Notes: generated by a model not told the origin, from the letters alone. 64,000 nucleotides of DNA from Deltaproteobacteria bacterium (GCA_016220005.1 JACRIV010000113.1:6059-70058), one strand, 5' to 3'. Counted from the stretch's first letter, positions 46,168 through 58,843 are shown. Translations and numbers: made by a program.

Positions 46168-46958
46168 CCATCCTCTCCTGTCGTCGGCCGGGCAGACGGC
46201 CGCACCGGCACGCCGCGCCTGCGGAGGTACTCCTTCGCCTGCCCCACCGTGTATTCCCCGTAGTGGAAGATGGAGGCGGCGAGCACCGCGTTCGCCCCTC
46301 CCGCCGTGAGGCCCTCCACCAGGTGATCGAGGTTCCCGACGCCGCCGGAGGCGATCACCGGAATCCCCACGCGGTCCGCGATGGCCCGGGTCAGGGGGAT
46401 GTCGTAGCCGTCCCGGGTCCCGTCGCGGTCCATGCTGGTCAGCAGGATCTCGCCCGCCCCGTATTCCTCCATACGGGCCGCCCAGGAGACGGCGTCCAGC
46501 CCCGTGGGCCGGCGCCCTCCGTGCGTGTAGACCTCCCAGTTACCCGGCCGCCCGGACACCGACCGCGCATCGATCGCCACCACCGTGCACTGGCTGCCGA
46601 ACCGCTCGGCGGCCCGCCGCACGAACTCGGGGTCCGCGACCGCCGCGGTGTTGATCGACACCTTGTCGGCGCCGGCCGACAGCAGGTTCCGGATGTCCGG
46701 AAGGGCCCGCACCCCGCCGCCGACCGTCAGCGGCATGAACACCTGCTCCGCCGTCCGCCGGACGATGTCGATGATGATCTCGCGCCTCTCGTGGGAAGCG
46801 GTGATGTCGAGGAGGACGAGCTCGTCGGCCTCTTCCTCGTCGTACCGGCGCGCGATCTCCACCGGGTCGCCGGCGTCGCGCAGATTGACGAAGTTGACCC
46901 CCTTGACGACCCGGCCGTCCTTGACGTCCAGGCACGGGATGATCCGCTTGGCCAGCAT
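46164..46958 (-). CDS. hisF: imidazole glycerol phosphate synthase cyclase subunit
   Basis: 264 aa, [23 protein letters not shown]... Confidence 0.95.
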   Translation of the reverse strand: MLAKRIIPCLDVKDGRVVKGVNFVNLRDAGDPVEIARRYDEEEADELVLLDITASHERREIIIDIVRRTAEQVFMPLTVGGGVRALPDIRNLLSAGADKVSINTAAVADPEFVRRAAERFGSQCTVVAIDARSVSGRPGNWEVYTHGGRRPTGLDAVSWAARMEEYGAGEILLTSMDRDGTRDGYDIPLTRAIADRVGIPVIASGGVGNLDHLVEGLTAGGANAVLAASIFHYGEYTVGQAKEYLRRRGVPVRPSARPTTGEDG

Positions 46959-46969
46959 CGGCTTCGGGC

Positions 46970-47701
46970 TTACGCGCTTTCGAACCGGAGGGCGTCGGAG
47001 AGAGAGACGGACCCGTCGTACAGCGCGCGGCCGATGATCACGCCGCAGACCCCCTGGTTCTCCATCGAACGGAACATCTCCACGTCCGCCAGCGTGCTCA
47101 CCCCCCCGGAGGCGATCACCGGGGTCGAGAGCCCCTTCGCGAACTCGCCGATGCTTTGGAAGTTGGGCCCGGCCATCATGCCGTCCCGGGCGATGTCCGT
47201 GTAGACGAAGCAGGAGATCCCGCTCTTCTCCATCTGGCGGGCCAGGTCCACGGCGACCACCCCGGTCACTTCCACCCAGCCCCGTATGGCCACCCGACCG
47301 TCCTTCGCGTCGATCGACGCGGCCACCTTCCCCGGGTAAGCCTTCGTGATCCGCAGCACCTCCTCGGGGTTGCGGACCACGGAAGTCCCGAGGATGATCC
47401 GGGAGACCCCCGCCCCGAGATACCGGGAGGCGATGTCGAAGTTTCGCACCCCCCCGCCCACCTGCACCGGGACGTCCACCGCGGCGACGATCCTCCGGAT
47501 GATGTCGAAGTTGACCGGCTTGCCCAGGAAGGCGCCGTCCAGGTCCACCACGTGCAGCCGTGTCGCCCCGGCGGCCGTAAACCGCTTCGCCACGTCGAAG
47601 GGGGAGTCGGCAAAGACGGTGGCGTCCTCGGCCCGCCCCTGGCGCAGCCTTACCGCCTTCCCTCCCTGGATGTCGATCGCCGGGATGACCTGGAACGCCA
47701 T
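46970..47701 (-). CDS. hisA: 1-(5-phosphoribosyl)-5-[(5-phosphoribosylamino)methylideneamino]imidazole-4-carboxamide isomerase
   Basis: 243 aa, [18 protein letters not shown]... and HVVDLDGA. Confidence 0.93.
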   Translation of the reverse strand: MAFQVIPAIDIQGGKAVRLRQGRAEDATVFADSPFDVAKRFTAAGATRLHVVDLDGAFLGKPVNFDIIRRIVAAVDVPVQVGGGVRNFDIASRYLGAGVSRIILGTSVVRNPEEVLRITKAYPGKVAASIDAKDGRVAIRGWVEVTGVVAVDLARQMEKSGISCFVYTDIARDGMMAGPNFQSIGEFAKGLSTPVIASGGVSTLADVEMFRSMENQGVCGVIIGRALYDGSVSLSDALRFESA

Positions 47702-47711
47702 CGTTATCCCC

Positions 47712-48377
47712 TTACGCGGCCTCGCGGCACAGCCGCCCGAAATTGGAGAGGAGGGCCAGGCCCGCCGCCTGGCTCTTCTCGGGGTGGAACTGGACCGCCA
47801 AGAGGTTCCCCCTTCCCACCCCCGCCGCGAAATCGATCCCGTATTCCGTCCTGCAGGCGACGACAGCGGGGTCCTCCGGCAGGACGTAATAGGAGTGGAC
47901 GAAGTAGAAATAGGACCCGGAAGGGATCCCTCTCAGCACAGGGTGGTCCGCCGTGAACTCGACCCGGTTCCACCCCATGTGGGGTACCTTCAGCGCGGAG
48001 CCGCCCGGCGTACCGGAAGGCCCGGCCATCCCCGCGGGAAAACGGACCACCTTCCCGGGAAGGAACCCGATCCCCTCGTGCCGGCCGAACTCCTCGCTTT
48101 CCGTGAAGAGCAGTTGCAGCCCGAGGCAGATCCCCAGAAACGGCCTGCCCTCCCGGAGGACCTCGTTGATGAACGGAATCAGGCCCTGCCGGGCAAGGTT
48201 CTCCATGCAGTCCCGGAACGCCCCCACGCCCGGCAGGACGATCCCGCGGCACGGTGCCAGCTCGGCGGCGCTCCCGCTGACGACCGTGGCGAACCCGAGC
48301 GTCGCAAGCGCCTTGCTGACGCTCCGGAGGTTGCCCATGCCGTAGTCGACGACGCCGATCGCATCCTTCCCGCTCAT
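47712..48377 (-). CDS. hisH: imidazole glycerol phosphate synthase glutamine amidotransferase subunit
   Basis: 221 aa from ATG 48377 (ATGA overlap with hisB). Motifs VVDYGMGNLRSV, LPGVGAF, GICLGLQ and HSYY. Confidence 0.93.
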   Translation of the reverse strand: MSGKDAIGVVDYGMGNLRSVSKALATLGFATVVSGSAAELAPCRGIVLPGVGAFRDCMENLARQGLIPFINEVLREGRPFLGICLGLQLLFTESEEFGRHEGIGFLPGKVVRFPAGMAGPSGTPGGSALKVPHMGWNRVEFTADHPVLRGIPSGSYFYFVHSYYVLPEDPAVVACRTEYGIDFAAGVGRGNLLAVQFHPEKSQAAGLALLSNFGRLCREAA

Positions 48378-48964
48378 CCGAGGACGCCTTTCGTCGAGGG
48401 GACCCTCTTGATGCGGGAGTCGATGCGCACGGCATCCGCCATGGCCCTCCCGAGCGCCTTGAAGACCGCCTCGATAGTGTGGTGGGCGTTGGCGCCGTAA
48501 GGGACGTTGACGTGTACGCACACCCCCGACGACTGGGAGAACGCCCGGAGGAACTCCTCCACCAGCTCCACGTCGAAGACCCCCACCTTCTCGTTCGAAA
48601 GAGCGCAGCGGAACACCAGGTGGGGCCGCGCCGAGACGTCCACGGACACGTTGGCGAGCGCCTCGATCATCGGAACGCTGGCGAAGGCATACCGGGCAAT
48701 CCCCGCCATGTTTCCCAGGCTCTTGCGGAAGGCTTCCCCGAGGCAGATACCTACGTCCTCCACCACGTGGTGGAAGTCGACCTCGGTGTCGCCCTTCGCG
48801 GCGATATCCAGGTCGAAGAGGCCGTGGCGGGAGAACAGGGCGAGCATGTGGTCGAAGAACGGGACGGTCGTGGAGATCCTCCCTTCCCCCTCCCCTTCCA
48901 GCCGCAGCGACAGCCGGATGTCGGTCTCTTTCGTCGTCCGGACGATTTGCGCTTCCCTGGGCAT
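48374..48964 (-). CDS. hisB: imidazoleglycerol-phosphate dehydratase
   Basis: 196 aa from ATG 48964. RTTKETDI, DFHHVVEDVGI and NAHHTIEA motifs. Confidence 0.93.
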   Translation of the reverse strand: MPREAQIVRTTKETDIRLSLRLEGEGEGRISTTVPFFDHMLALFSRHGLFDLDIAAKGDTEVDFHHVVEDVGICLGEAFRKSLGNMAGIARYAFASVPMIEALANVSVDVSARPHLVFRCALSNEKVGVFDVELVEEFLRAFSQSSGVCVHVNVPYGANAHHTIEAVFKALGRAMADAVRIDSRIKRVPSTKGVLG

Positions 48965-48968
48965 CCGC

Positions 48969-50261
48969 TCATGCCTCCCCTTCGGTCCGTCTAGCCAGGA
49001 CCGCCTGCGCGTGGGCCGCAAGGCCCTCTTTTCCGGCCAGTCTTACGACGTGCGGCGCATCGGATGCGAGCGCCCGAACCTTGTATGATACCACATTGGT
49101 CCGTTTCAGGAAGTTCGCCACTCCGAGGGGGGAGGAGAATCTCGCGGCCCCTCCCGTCGGCAGGATATGGTTGATCCCCGCGATGTAATCCCCGACGGCC
49201 ACAGGGCTGAAGGGTCCCAGGAAGGCCGTCCCCGCGTTCCGGATTCCCTCCAGGGCGGCCCAGGGGTTCTCCACCATGATGCTCAGGTGCTCCGGCGCGA
49301 TGGCGTTGACGGCGTCTACCCCATCGGAAAGGCTCCGGACAAGGAAGCCCAGGGAGCGGGAGAGGGAGGCGGCCAGGATCTCCCGGCGCGGAAGCCTCTT
49401 CGCCTGTTTTTTAAGCTCGGCCTCCACTTTTCCCGACAGGTATTCCGAATCGGTCACCAGGGCGACGAAGGCATCTTCGTCGTGCTCGGCCTGGGACAGG
49501 AGGTCCGCCGCCACGTAGGCCGCCTTCGCCGAATCGTCCGCGAGCACCACCAGCTCGCTCGGGCCGGCCAGCATGTCGATCCCCACGACGCCGTAAACCT
49601 GCCGCTTCGCCTCCGTCACGTAGGCGTTCCCGGGCCCGGCGACGACGTCCACCTTCGGGATCGACTCCGTTCCGAATGCGAATGCGGCGATCGCCTGCGC
49701 CCCCCCGATCCGATAGACCTCGGAGACACGCGCGATCCGGGCGGCGGCAAGGACCACGTCGGGAACCCTCCCGCCCGGTGCCGCGCAAGCGGCGTACACT
49801 TCCCGGACGCCGGCCAACCTGGCGGGAATCGCGTTCATCAGGAGCGTCGACGGGTAGGCGGCCTTGCCCCCCGGGACGTAGACCCCGGCGCGGGATACCG
49901 GCGTCACCCGCTGGCCTACCACCGCTCCCGGGATCTCGGCGGTGAAACCGCTCTGCCGCTGGTGCCGGTGGAACGACTCGATCCGCTCCGCCGCAAGGGA
50001 AAGGGAGGCCAAAAAGCTCCCGGGCACCCGCTTCCACGCGGCGTCGATCTCCTTCCGGGAGACGGCGAACCCCTTCTTCCGCGGGTCGAACCCGTCGAAG
50101 CGGAGGGTGTACTCCGCGAGCGCCCCGTCCCCGTCCTTGCGGACGCGGGCGAGCACCTCCGCCACCACGCCGGCGACCTTCGCGGAATCCTTGTAGCCCC
50201 GCATCCCGGTCTCGGCCAGGGTTTTCCGAAACGCCGCCGTTTCCGATTTGACCCAGCGCAC
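48969..50261 (-). CDS. hisD: histidinol dehydrogenase
   Basis: 430 aa. GTG start with AGGAGG 8 nt upstream. [13 protein letters not shown] and SQAEHDEDA motifs. Confidence 0.93.
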   Translation of the reverse strand: MRWVKSETAAFRKTLAETGMRGYKDSAKVAGVVAEVLARVRKDGDGALAEYTLRFDGFDPRKKGFAVSRKEIDAAWKRVPGSFLASLSLAAERIESFHRHQRQSGFTAEIPGAVVGQRVTPVSRAGVYVPGGKAAYPSTLLMNAIPARLAGVREVYAACAAPGGRVPDVVLAAARIARVSEVYRIGGAQAIAAFAFGTESIPKVDVVAGPGNAYVTEAKRQVYGVVGIDMLAGPSELVVLADDSAKAAYVAADLLSQAEHDEDAFVALVTDSEYLSGKVEAELKKQAKRLPRREILAASLSRSLGFLVRSLSDGVDAVNAIAPEHLSIMVENPWAALEGIRNAGTAFLGPFSPVAVGDYIAGINHILPTGGAARFSSPLGVANFLKRTNVVSYKVRALASDAPHVVRLAGKEGLAAHAQAVLARRTEGEA

Positions 50262-50273
50262 CGAATTCGCCTC

Positions 50274-51545
<1,272 letters not shown>

Positions 51546-51564
51546 GTCTTCCCCCCTTGGTGTC

Positions 51565-52413
51565 CTAAACGCTCTTCTTCCAGCGCGCCACGCGGTCCCG
51601 GCCCCCCAGGTCCCGGAACAGGCCCCCAAAGCGCAGGAACCCGGATGGAAGCCGCCGCACGGCCTCCCCCTGGGTCTCTCCGATTTCGCACCAGAGCTGC
51701 CCGCCGGGCACAAGGTATTCCCCCGCATGGGCGACGAGGACCCGCAGGACGGACAGCCCGTCCGGGCCGGCTCGCAGCGCGCCGGGCGGCTCGAAGTCCC
51801 GCACTTCCGCGGGAAGGAAATTCCATTCCCGTTCCGAGACGTACGGAGGATTCGAAACCACTACATCAAAACGGTCGCCGCATTTCAAGGCGGAATATGA
51901 CTCCGCCCGCAAGAATAGCACGCGGCCGGAGACGCCCAGGCGCCGCGCGTTCTCCCGCGCGACGGCCAGGGCCGGCGCGGAGACGTCCGCCGCCACGACC
52001 TTCACGCGGGGAAGCTCGGCCGCGAGCGTCACGGCGATCGCCCCGCTGCCGGTCCCCACGTCCAGGAAGCGTCCCCCCCTCTCCGTTCCCCGTCCCCATG
52101 CGTCTATGACCCGCTCGACCAGCCCTTCGGTCTCGGGCCGGGGGATCAGCGTGTCCCGGGTGAGGAGGAACTCCCGGCCGAAGAAATCCCAGGCGCCCAG
52201 GATGTACTGGATCGGCTCGCCCGCGGCTCGCCTCGCGATCCAGCCGCGCAGAGTGTCCGTCGGGTCGCCCACGTCCCGATCCCTCTCGGGAAGCAAGCGC
52301 GAGCGCGGAACGCGGGCCAGCGCCGAGACGAGAATCTCCGGCTCGGGGCCGCCGGCGATGCCGACCGCCGCCATCTCCCGGCGGGAGAGGGCGAGGAGTT
52401 CCTTGAGCAGCAT
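51565..52413 (-). CDS. prmC: peptide chain release factor N5-glutamine methyltransferase
   Basis: 282 aa. DVGTGSGAI and NPPY motifs. Confidence 0.92.
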   Translation of the reverse strand: MLLKELLALSRREMAAVGIAGGPEPEILVSALARVPRSRLLPERDRDVGDPTDTLRGWIARRAAGEPIQYILGAWDFFGREFLLTRDTLIPRPETEGLVERVIDAWGRGTERGGRFLDVGTGSGAIAVTLAAELPRVKVVAADVSAPALAVARENARRLGVSGRVLFLRAESYSALKCGDRFDVVVSNPPYVSEREWNFLPAEVRDFEPPGALRAGPDGLSVLRVLVAHAGEYLVPGGQLWCEIGETQGEAVRRLPSGFLRFGGLFRDLGGRDRVARWKKSV

Positions 52414-52429
52414 GAGGAAGGTGCGGGGG

Positions 52430-53497
52430 TCAGCCGGCGGTCTTGAGCGCCTCGACCTGCGCGTGGGCGATCAAGGCGTCGATGAACGGCTCGAACCCGC
52501 CGTTCAGCACCTGCGCGAGCTGGTGGACGGTCAAGCCGATGCGGTGGTCCGTCACCCGGTTCTGGGGGAAGTTGTACGTCCGGATCCGTTCGCTCCGGTC
52601 GCCCGTCCCCACCTGGGAGCGGCGCAGGTCGGCCCGCCCGGCGCGCTGCTTCTCCATCTCCGCCTCGTAGAGCCGGGACCGGAGGATCTTGAGCGCTTTC
52701 GACTTGTTCTTGAGCTGCGACTTCTCGTCCTGGCACTGGACGACCAGGCCGGTCGGGACGTGGGTGATGCGGACCGCCGAGTCGGTCGTGTTGACGCTCT
52801 GTCCCCCGGGCCCGGAGGAGCGGAACACGTCGATGCGCAGATCGTCGGGGTTGATCTGCACGTCGACCTCCTCGGCCTCCGGCATCACGGCCACGGTGAC
52901 CGTGGAGGTATGGATGCGGCCGCCGGACTCCGTCGCCGGCACCCGCTGCACCCGGTGCACGCCGCTCTCGTACTTCAGGCGGCTGTAGGCGCCCTTCCCC
53001 TCGATCATGGCGATCACTTCCTTGGTCCCGCCCAGGCCCGTCTCGTTGTGGGAGAGCACCTCGACCTTCCACCCCTTGAGACCCGCGTACATGGAGTACC
53101 CCCGGAACAGCTCGGTGGCGAACAGCGCCGCCTCCTCGCCCCCGGCGCCGGCCCGGATCTCGATCAGGATGTTCTTGTCGTCGTTGGGGTCCTTGGGAAG
53201 CAGGAGGATGCGGATCTCGCCGGCCAGGCGCTCCTGCTCCTCGGTGAGCCGCGCGATCTCGTCCCGGGCCAGCGCCCGCATCTCCGGGTCCTTCTCGGTC
53301 GTAAGCAGGACCTTGTTCTCCTCGAGCTCCTGCGCGATCTTCCGGTACCGCGCGTAGGACTCCGCCAGAGGACGCAACTCCGCCAGCTCCCGTCCGACCC
53401 GTTGGATCTCCCGCGGGTTCCCGGCGCCGGCCGTCGCCGAGAACAGGCGCTCCAGCTCGGCCACGCGCTCCTGGACGTTTTCGAGCTTATCCCACAA
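52430..53497 (-). CDS. prfA: peptide chain release factor 1
   Basis: 355 aa with TTG start. RVPATES (PxT) and GPGGQSVN (GGQ) motifs. Confidence 0.95.
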   Translation of the reverse strand: MWDKLENVQERVAELERLFSATAGAGNPREIQRVGRELAELRPLAESYARYRKIAQELEENKVLLTTEKDPEMRALARDEIARLTEEQERLAGEIRILLLPKDPNDDKNILIEIRAGAGGEEAALFATELFRGYSMYAGLKGWKVEVLSHNETGLGGTKEVIAMIEGKGAYSRLKYESGVHRVQRVPATESGGRIHTSTVTVAVMPEAEEVDVQINPDDLRIDVFRSSGPGGQSVNTTDSAVRITHVPTGLVVQCQDEKSQLKNKSKALKILRSRLYEAEMEKQRAGRADLRRSQVGTGDRSERIRTYNFPQNRVTDHRIGLTVHQLAQVLNGGFEPFIDALIAHAQVEALKTAG

Positions 53498-54443
53498 GGG
53501 CCGCCTCCCCTTCCTTCCCGGGCACTACCCTCCGGAAGGAGGCAATGGCCACTTCGATCTGGGATAGGTCCGGCTCCCGGGTGGTCAGGCGCTGCAGCAG
53601 TAGCCCGGGCGCGATCAGGGCCTTGAAGAACGGGGACCCGGCCTTCCTCGCCGTGAGGCGCAGCGCCTCATAGGAGATCCCGGCGACCGCCGGCAGCAGC
53701 ACGAGGCGCATCAGCGCCTTGACGGTCAGGGAGCTTTCATGGGGGATGAAGGAAAACACGACGATGCCGATCACCATCACGAACAGCAGGAAGCTCGTCC
53801 CGCAGCGGGGGTGGAGGTTCGGGAACGCCGCCACCCGCTCCGGCGCGAGCTCCGCCCTGCTCTCATAGGCGTGGACCACCTTGTGCTCGGCCCCGTGGTA
53901 CTGGAAGATCCGCCGGATGTCCTTCATCATCGCGATCCCCGCGACGTAGCCGACGAACACGAGCACCCGGATCAGGCCGTCGAGGAGGTTGAAGGCGACC
54001 CGCCCGGAGAGCGACGGCAGAAGGGCCGCGATCCCGCGCGTGAGCAGCAGCGGGAGCCAGAAGAAGAGCCCGATGCCGAGCAGGAGCGCCAGCGCGAGCG
54101 CCCCCGCCATCGCGAGCCCGCTCCCGCCCGATCCTTCTTCCTTCGGGGACGCCTTCTTCGCGCCCCCCGCCTCGGATTCCGCGTCCTCGATCGCCTCGTC
54201 CGCGGAGAACTGGAGGGCCCGGTACCCGATCACGAGCATCGCCGCCATCGTCACGACGCCCCGCAGCAGCGGCATCTTCGAGAGCGCCCTCTTCGCGGGG
54301 CCGGAAGCGATCGGAAAATCCTTCACCCGGATCTCGCCGCTGGTCTTGCGGACCGCGACGGAGAACTTCTCCGGCCCTTTCATCATCACTCCTTCGATGA
54401 CCGCCTGGCCGCCGAGGACCAGCTCTCCTTGCTCCGCGCGCAT
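53487..54443 (-). CDS. DUF1385 domain-containing membrane protein
   Basis: 318 aa from ATG 54443 (1-nt TGATG overlap with the thyX stop). [20 protein letters not shown] and HPRCGTSF motifs. Confidence 0.8.
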   Translation of the reverse strand: MRAEQGELVLGGQAVIEGVMMKGPEKFSVAVRKTSGEIRVKDFPIASGPAKRALSKMPLLRGVVTMAAMLVIGYRALQFSADEAIEDAESEAGGAKKASPKEEGSGGSGLAMAGALALALLLGIGLFFWLPLLLTRGIAALLPSLSGRVAFNLLDGLIRVLVFVGYVAGIAMMKDIRRIFQYHGAEHKVVHAYESRAELAPERVAAFPNLHPRCGTSFLLFVMVIGIVVFSFIPHESSLTVKALMRLVLLPAVAGISYEALRLTARKAGSPFFKALIAPGLLLQRLTTREPDLSQIEVAIASFRRVVPGKEGEAALVG

Positions 54444-55183
54444 CACCTGTTCCCCCTGTCGAGGGCCGCGAACTCCCGCCGCACCCCTTCGGGGTCGCCG
54501 CAGGTCATCTTCCCCTCCGGGCATCGGCCGCGCAGGCACCCCGGGCCGGCGTTCTCGAAGAGGAGCGGCGCCTTTTCCTTCGCGATAATCAGCATGCGCC
54601 TGGCCATCTCCCGGATCTCCCACTGCGCCCGCCGGCAGAGCCGCAGCGCGAAGAAGTGGTGCAGCTCGCGGGCGTTCATGGTGACGAGGATCCTGGTCTC
54701 CGTGGCGTTCGGCAGCACGAACCGCGCGTCTTCGGGGGGGACGCCGGCCGCCAGCATCTCCTCGTAGAGCCTTGCGCTCTTTTCCATGTGCTTCTCGAAC
54801 TTGCCGTGCAGCGCCGGCCGCTTCCCCCCTTCCCCGGCGGACTTCTTCGGCCCGCCCTCGCCGTCCCCGATCGACTTCGGGGTCACGTAGCCGAAGGCCG
54901 CCGAGACGTACCGCTGGCTCTGTTGGGAATAGGAGGCGATCCGGTGGCGCACCAGCTGGTGCGAGGTGGCCCGGGAGATCCCTTCCACCCCGAAGGTGAA
55001 CGTGACGTGCTCCAGCACCGACGCGTGCCCCATGGAGAGGATCCGCCGGACGAGCTTCCGGACGTCCTTCCGGGAGACCTCCTCCTGCAGGTCCGCGATG
55101 GCGGCGGGAGAGTAGCAGAGGCGCGCGGCCAAGGCGACCAGCCGCTCGGGCTCGGGAGTGGACTGCAGCAGGACGACGTTCAC
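54443..55183 (-). CDS. thyX: flavin-dependent thymidylate synthase
   Basis: 246 aa with GTG start. ThyX motif RHRIASYSQQSQRY. Confidence 0.92.
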   Translation of the reverse strand: MNVVLLQSTPEPERLVALAARLCYSPAAIADLQEEVSRKDVRKLVRRILSMGHASVLEHVTFTFGVEGISRATSHQLVRHRIASYSQQSQRYVSAAFGYVTPKSIGDGEGGPKKSAGEGGKRPALHGKFEKHMEKSARLYEEMLAAGVPPEDARFVLPNATETRILVTMNARELHHFFALRLCRRAQWEIREMARRMLIIAKEKAPLLFENAGPGCLRGRCPEGKMTCGDPEGVRREFAALDRGNR

Positions 55184-55206
55184 GGAAGGGGAAACGGGAA
55201 GGTCTC

Positions 55207-55407
55207 CTACGACTTCTCGTACTTCTTATGGAACTTCTCGATGCGCCCGGCGGTGTCGATAAGCTTCTGCTTCCCGGTGAAGAACGGGTGGCAGTTCGAG
55301 CAGATCGCCACCTTGATCTCCGGCGTCGCCGACATCGTCTCGAACGTGTTCCCGCACGCGCACTTGACCGTGGACATCAGGTATTTCGGGTGGATGTTCT
55401 CCTTCAT
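55207..55407 (-). CDS. rpmE: 50S ribosomal protein L31
   Basis: 66 aa, MKENIHPKY...CACGN...[10 protein letters not shown]. Confidence 0.95.
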   Translation of the reverse strand: MKENIHPKYLMSTVKCACGNTFETMSATPEIKVAICSNCHPFFTGKQKLIDTAGRIEKFHKKYEKS

Positions 55408-55431
55408 CTTCGCCGCTCTCCTCTCCGATCG

Positions 55432-56679
55432 TCACGAGTTCATCGATTCAAGGAAATCCTTGTTGGTCTTCGTCTTGGAGATCTTGTCGAGCAGAAACTC
55501 CATGCTCTCCGCGGGAGACAGCGGGGAGAGGAACTTCCGCAGGATCCACACCCTCTGGAGGACGTTCTTCTCGAGCAGGAGCTCCTCCTTCCGGGTGCCG
55601 GACTTGTTGATGTCGATGGCCGGGAATATCCGCTTCTCGGAGATCTTCCGGTCGAGAACGAGCTCCATGTTGCCCGTTCCCTTGAACTCCTCGAAGATCA
55701 CCTCGTCCATCCGGCTGCCGGTCTCGATGAGCGCCGTCGCGATGATGGTGACCGACCCGCCTTCCTCGATGTTCCGCGCGGCGCCGAAGAAGCGCTTCGG
55801 CTTCTGCAGCGCGTTCGCGTCGACGCCGCCCGAGAGAACCTTGCCCGACGGGGGGACGACGGCGTTGTAGGCCCGGGCCAGGCGGGTGATGCTGTCCAGG
55901 AGGATCACCACGTCCTTCTTGTGCTCGACGAGGCGCTTGGCCTTCTCGAGCACCATCTCGGCCACCTGCACGTGCCGCTGGGCGGGCTCGTCGAAGGTGG
56001 AGGAGATGACCTCGCCCTTGACGCTGCGCTGCATGTCCGTCACTTCCTCGGGCCGCTCGTCGATGAGCAGGACGATCAGGACGACCTCGGGGTGGTTCTT
56101 CGCCAGCGCGTTGGCGATGTTCTGCAGGATGATGGTTTTCCCGGCCCGCGGGGGCGAAGTGATGAGCGCCCGCTGCCCCTTCCCGATGGGGGCGATCAGG
56201 TCGATGATCCGTGTCGAGAAGTTGTCCGGGACATGCTCCATGCAGAACTTTTCCTGCGGATACAGGGGCGTCAGGTTGTCGAAGAGGATCTTGTCCTTGC
56301 TGATCTCGGGGTCCTCGGTGTTGATCTTCTCCACCTTGAGGAGCGCGAAGTACCGCTCCTCCCCCTTGGGGGCCCGGATCTGCCCGCTGATCGTGTCGCC
56401 CGTCCGCAGTCCGAACCTGCGGATCTGGGAGGGGGAGACGTAGATGTCGTCGGGGCCGGGCAGGTAGTTCGAGTCGGGGGAACGGAGGAACCCGTAGCCG
56501 TCGGGGAGCACCTCCAGGACTCCCTCGCCCGATACGATGACCTCCTGGTCGGTCTGTGCCTGGAGAATGGCGAAGATCAACTCCTGTTTCTTGAGCCCCG
56601 CCGCACCGTCGACGTTGAGGCTCTTCGCGATCTCGGTGAGTTCACCGATCCGCATTCCTTTCAACTCTTTCAGGTTCAT
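55432..56679 (-). CDS. rho: transcription termination factor Rho
   Basis: 415 aa from ATG 56679 (GGGAGA RBS). [11 protein letters not shown]-binding motif. Walker A PPRAGKT. Confidence 0.96.
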   Translation of the reverse strand: MNLKELKGMRIGELTEIAKSLNVDGAAGLKKQELIFAILQAQTDQEVIVSGEGVLEVLPDGYGFLRSPDSNYLPGPDDIYVSPSQIRRFGLRTGDTISGQIRAPKGEERYFALLKVEKINTEDPEISKDKILFDNLTPLYPQEKFCMEHVPDNFSTRIIDLIAPIGKGQRALITSPPRAGKTIILQNIANALAKNHPEVVLIVLLIDERPEEVTDMQRSVKGEVISSTFDEPAQRHVQVAEMVLEKAKRLVEHKKDVVILLDSITRLARAYNAVVPPSGKVLSGGVDANALQKPKRFFGAARNIEEGGSVTIIATALIETGSRMDEVIFEEFKGTGNMELVLDRKISEKRIFPAIDINKSGTRKEELLLEKNVLQRVWILRKFLSPLSPAESMEFLLDKISKTKTNKDFLESMNS

Positions 56680-56783
56680 GCAATTTCTCCCGGAAAAAAT
56701 GGGTCTTTGGGCCGCTTGGGACAACCCGAGGCGATTATCGGTTTGAAAAACTCCGGCAGGTACTCCCGCTGACTGTACGATTC

Positions 56784-56813
56784 ATTCTCCGACGTGCGGA
56801 TTCAGTATGTCAA
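56784..56813 (-). promoter_or_regulatory. Putative rho promoter (TTGACA-18 nt-GAGAAT)
   Basis: Read on the minus strand, about 105 nt upstream of the rho ATG. Confidence 0.35.
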
Positions 56814-56835
56814 GGAAAATCGCGTCGCCCTCACC

Positions 56836-56888
56836 GGGGACATCTCCTGGTCCAGGTTGCATCGGGTGTTCGGTTGAGGAGTGTCCCC
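56836..56888. repeat. REP-like family C, locus 4
   Basis: GGGGACATCTCCTG (56836-49) and GTTGAGGAGTGTCCCC (56873-88) form an imperfect inverted pair. Shares 20-nt and 16-nt blocks with locus 2. Confidence 0.75.
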
Positions 56889-56919
56889 GCCCAGCGCGGC
56901 CCTCGGTCGACGCTGACAA

Positions 56920-57909
56920 TCAACCCCCGTAAACGGATACCGCGTTCCCGCCCTTCCGCATCGACTCGTGGACCATCGATTCCACCAGAGGGATGAGTAT
57001 CCGTTCGGTATCGCCGTCCTGGGGGAAGGAGGCCACTCCGATCGCCAGCTGCAACAGGATCTCCCCCTGGCCCACCGGCGAGGCATCCATCGCCTCCGCG
57101 ATCTTCTTCGCCGCGGCCGCGGCAGCCGTCTTGGTCATCCCGGGCATCACGAGATAGATGTTGCCGCCCGAGCGCGCGACGTAATCGACCTCACGGAGCA
57201 TCGACCGGATCCGCGCGGCCGCCTCCGCGAGCGCGTTGTCCGCGGAGACGTGGCCGTACACCTCGTTCATCTCCCTCAGGTTGCGGATCTTGACGAACAC
57301 CAGGCTGACGGCGTGGCCGAACTTCTTCCCGCGGCTCATCTCGCGATGGAGCACCTCGTGGAAATACTTGAACGTGTAGAGGCCGGTGACCAGGTCCACG
57401 TCCGGGACCCGGGAGATCTTCCCGCGCAGGTTCCGCAGGGCGAGGAACAGGGCGGCGAGCCTCGCGTACGCGAGGAGGTCCCGGCGCATCTCCGGCGTCA
57501 GCAGGTCCGCTTCCCTGGAATCGACGACGAACACCCCGAGCGTTTCCTCCTGCAGGCGGCAGGGGGCCGCGTAGAGCGTCTTGTACTCGTGCTCCAGGCG
57601 GAAAGACGGGTCCTTCGCCCGCGCGTCGAAGCCGGAGACCGCCACCTCCCCCTTCAGGGCCTGGGCGATCACCGGCAGAGATACCCGGCTGTACATTTCC
57701 TTGATGAAATGGCCCGAGAGACCCCTCTGGGCGAAGACCGAGACGTTCCTGCCGTCCGGGTCGACCGCGATCGTCGCGGCGGAGAGAAGGGGGTAGCCCT
57801 CCATCAGGAGGTGCATCAGGTGATTGGCCTGTTCCTCCTCGGAATACTTCTTCTCCTGCCGCGCGAGGATCTCGTTCTCAATGCGGATGCGGGTGTCTTG
57901 GAGGCTCAT
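56920..57909 (-). CDS. GAF-like sensor + degenerate GGDEF domain protein
   Basis: 329 aa with ATGA overlap with pgeF. GGDEF-fold region DLVTGLYTF...VFVKIRNLREMNEVYGH...REVDYVARSGGNIYLV. The signature reads GGNIY instead of GG(D/E)EF, and RxxD lies 5 aa upstream. Confidence 0.8.
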   Translation of the reverse strand: MSLQDTRIRIENEILARQEKKYSEEEQANHLMHLLMEGYPLLSAATIAVDPDGRNVSVFAQRGLSGHFIKEMYSRVSLPVIAQALKGEVAVSGFDARAKDPSFRLEHEYKTLYAAPCRLQEETLGVFVVDSREADLLTPEMRRDLLAYARLAALFLALRNLRGKISRVPDVDLVTGLYTFKYFHEVLHREMSRGKKFGHAVSLVFVKIRNLREMNEVYGHVSADNALAEAAARIRSMLREVDYVARSGGNIYLVMPGMTKTAAAAAAKKIAEAMDASPVGQGEILLQLAIGVASFPQDGDTERILIPLVESMVHESMRKGGNAVSVYGG

Positions 57910-58670
57910 CGGGTTTCCTGTCCTGTCGGAGTGGTGAAACCATCGGAAAAATCCACTTTATAGATAAAACTTAGCTGCCGACCGGTCAAGGACTTTTCGC
58001 GCCGGAACGAGTGGAAACGGGGGGAGCAAACCGTGCAGGGGCCCACCGCCTCCGCGCGCCCCCGCGGGAGGCCCGCGGCGAAGAGCGCCTCCAAGGCAAG
58101 GGACGGGAGATCGGCGTTCCACTTGCCCGCCCCCATCCCCTTCGCAACGTGCAGCGGCCCCCCGGGACATTCCCCAAGGTTCCCTGCGACCTCTTCCCCC
58201 ACCTCGTAGCAGCACCCTTTCGCGGACGGCCCGGCCGCCGCGACGAGCCCGGAGACGGCGTCCTGCCCGAAGCGCGCGGCGATGCAGCGGACCGTCTCCT
58301 CGACGACGCCGGCGACCAGCCCGCGCCAGCCCGCATGGATCGCGGCGCACACCGGCAGTTCCCTGTGGGCGAGGAGGACCGGGACGCAGTCCGCGGTCCG
58401 GACGCCGACACCCGTCCCGGGCGCAGCGGTCCAGATCGCGTCCCCCACCCGCCACCTGCGGCCGGGGACGTCGCCGTCCGTCTCCTCCATCTCCAGGGCG
58501 ATCCCCGAGTGGATCTGCCTGAGGGTCCCCACGCGGGACGGCGGCACGGAGAACGCCTGCCGCAGGATCTCCCTCGATCCCCTTCGCGCCGGATCGACCC
58601 CCGCAAAGGCGTGGTAGAACCCCGGCACCGACCTCAGGAGCGGCGACTGGACAACGTGCGGAAGGATCAC
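57906..58670 (-). CDS. pgeF: YfiH/PgeF (DUF152, laccase-domain) family protein
   Basis: About 254 aa from GTG 58670, with GTG 58628 as an alternative. TADCVPVLL, IHAGWRG and CTVCSPRFHSFRRE motifs. The upstream 99 codons of tracked ORF 57906..58967 are translations of repeats A and B. Confidence 0.8.
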   Translation of the reverse strand: MILPHVVQSPLLRSVPGFYHAFAGVDPARRGSREILRQAFSVPPSRVGTLRQIHSGIALEMEETDGDVPGRRWRVGDAIWTAAPGTGVGVRTADCVPVLLAHRELPVCAAIHAGWRGLVAGVVEETVRCIAARFGQDAVSGLVAAAGPSAKGCCYEVGEEVAGNLGECPGGPLHVAKGMGAGKWNADLPSLALEALFAAGLPRGRAEAVGPCTVCSPRFHSFRREKSLTGRQLSFIYKVDFSDGFTTPTGQETR

Positions 58671-58681
58671 CCTCGGGTGCC

Positions 58682-58843
58682 CGCGTGCGAGCCGCCGCAA
58701 CGGGCTGCCCCTCGCGGGGGCCTGAGCGACGCAGCGTAGACAGGGATGTCGGAGCAAGGAGCGACGGAGCCGCCGCCTGTCCAGGGACGGACGGGCAAGG
58801 CGTCCCCCGCGAGGGGTAGCCCGTGAGGCGAGCGTAGCACGCG
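58682..58843. repeat. Structured intergenic repeat A, copy 2 (162 nt)
   Basis: 155/162 identical to 17729-17890 in the same orientation. Lies between rluD and pgeF. Confidence 0.85.
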
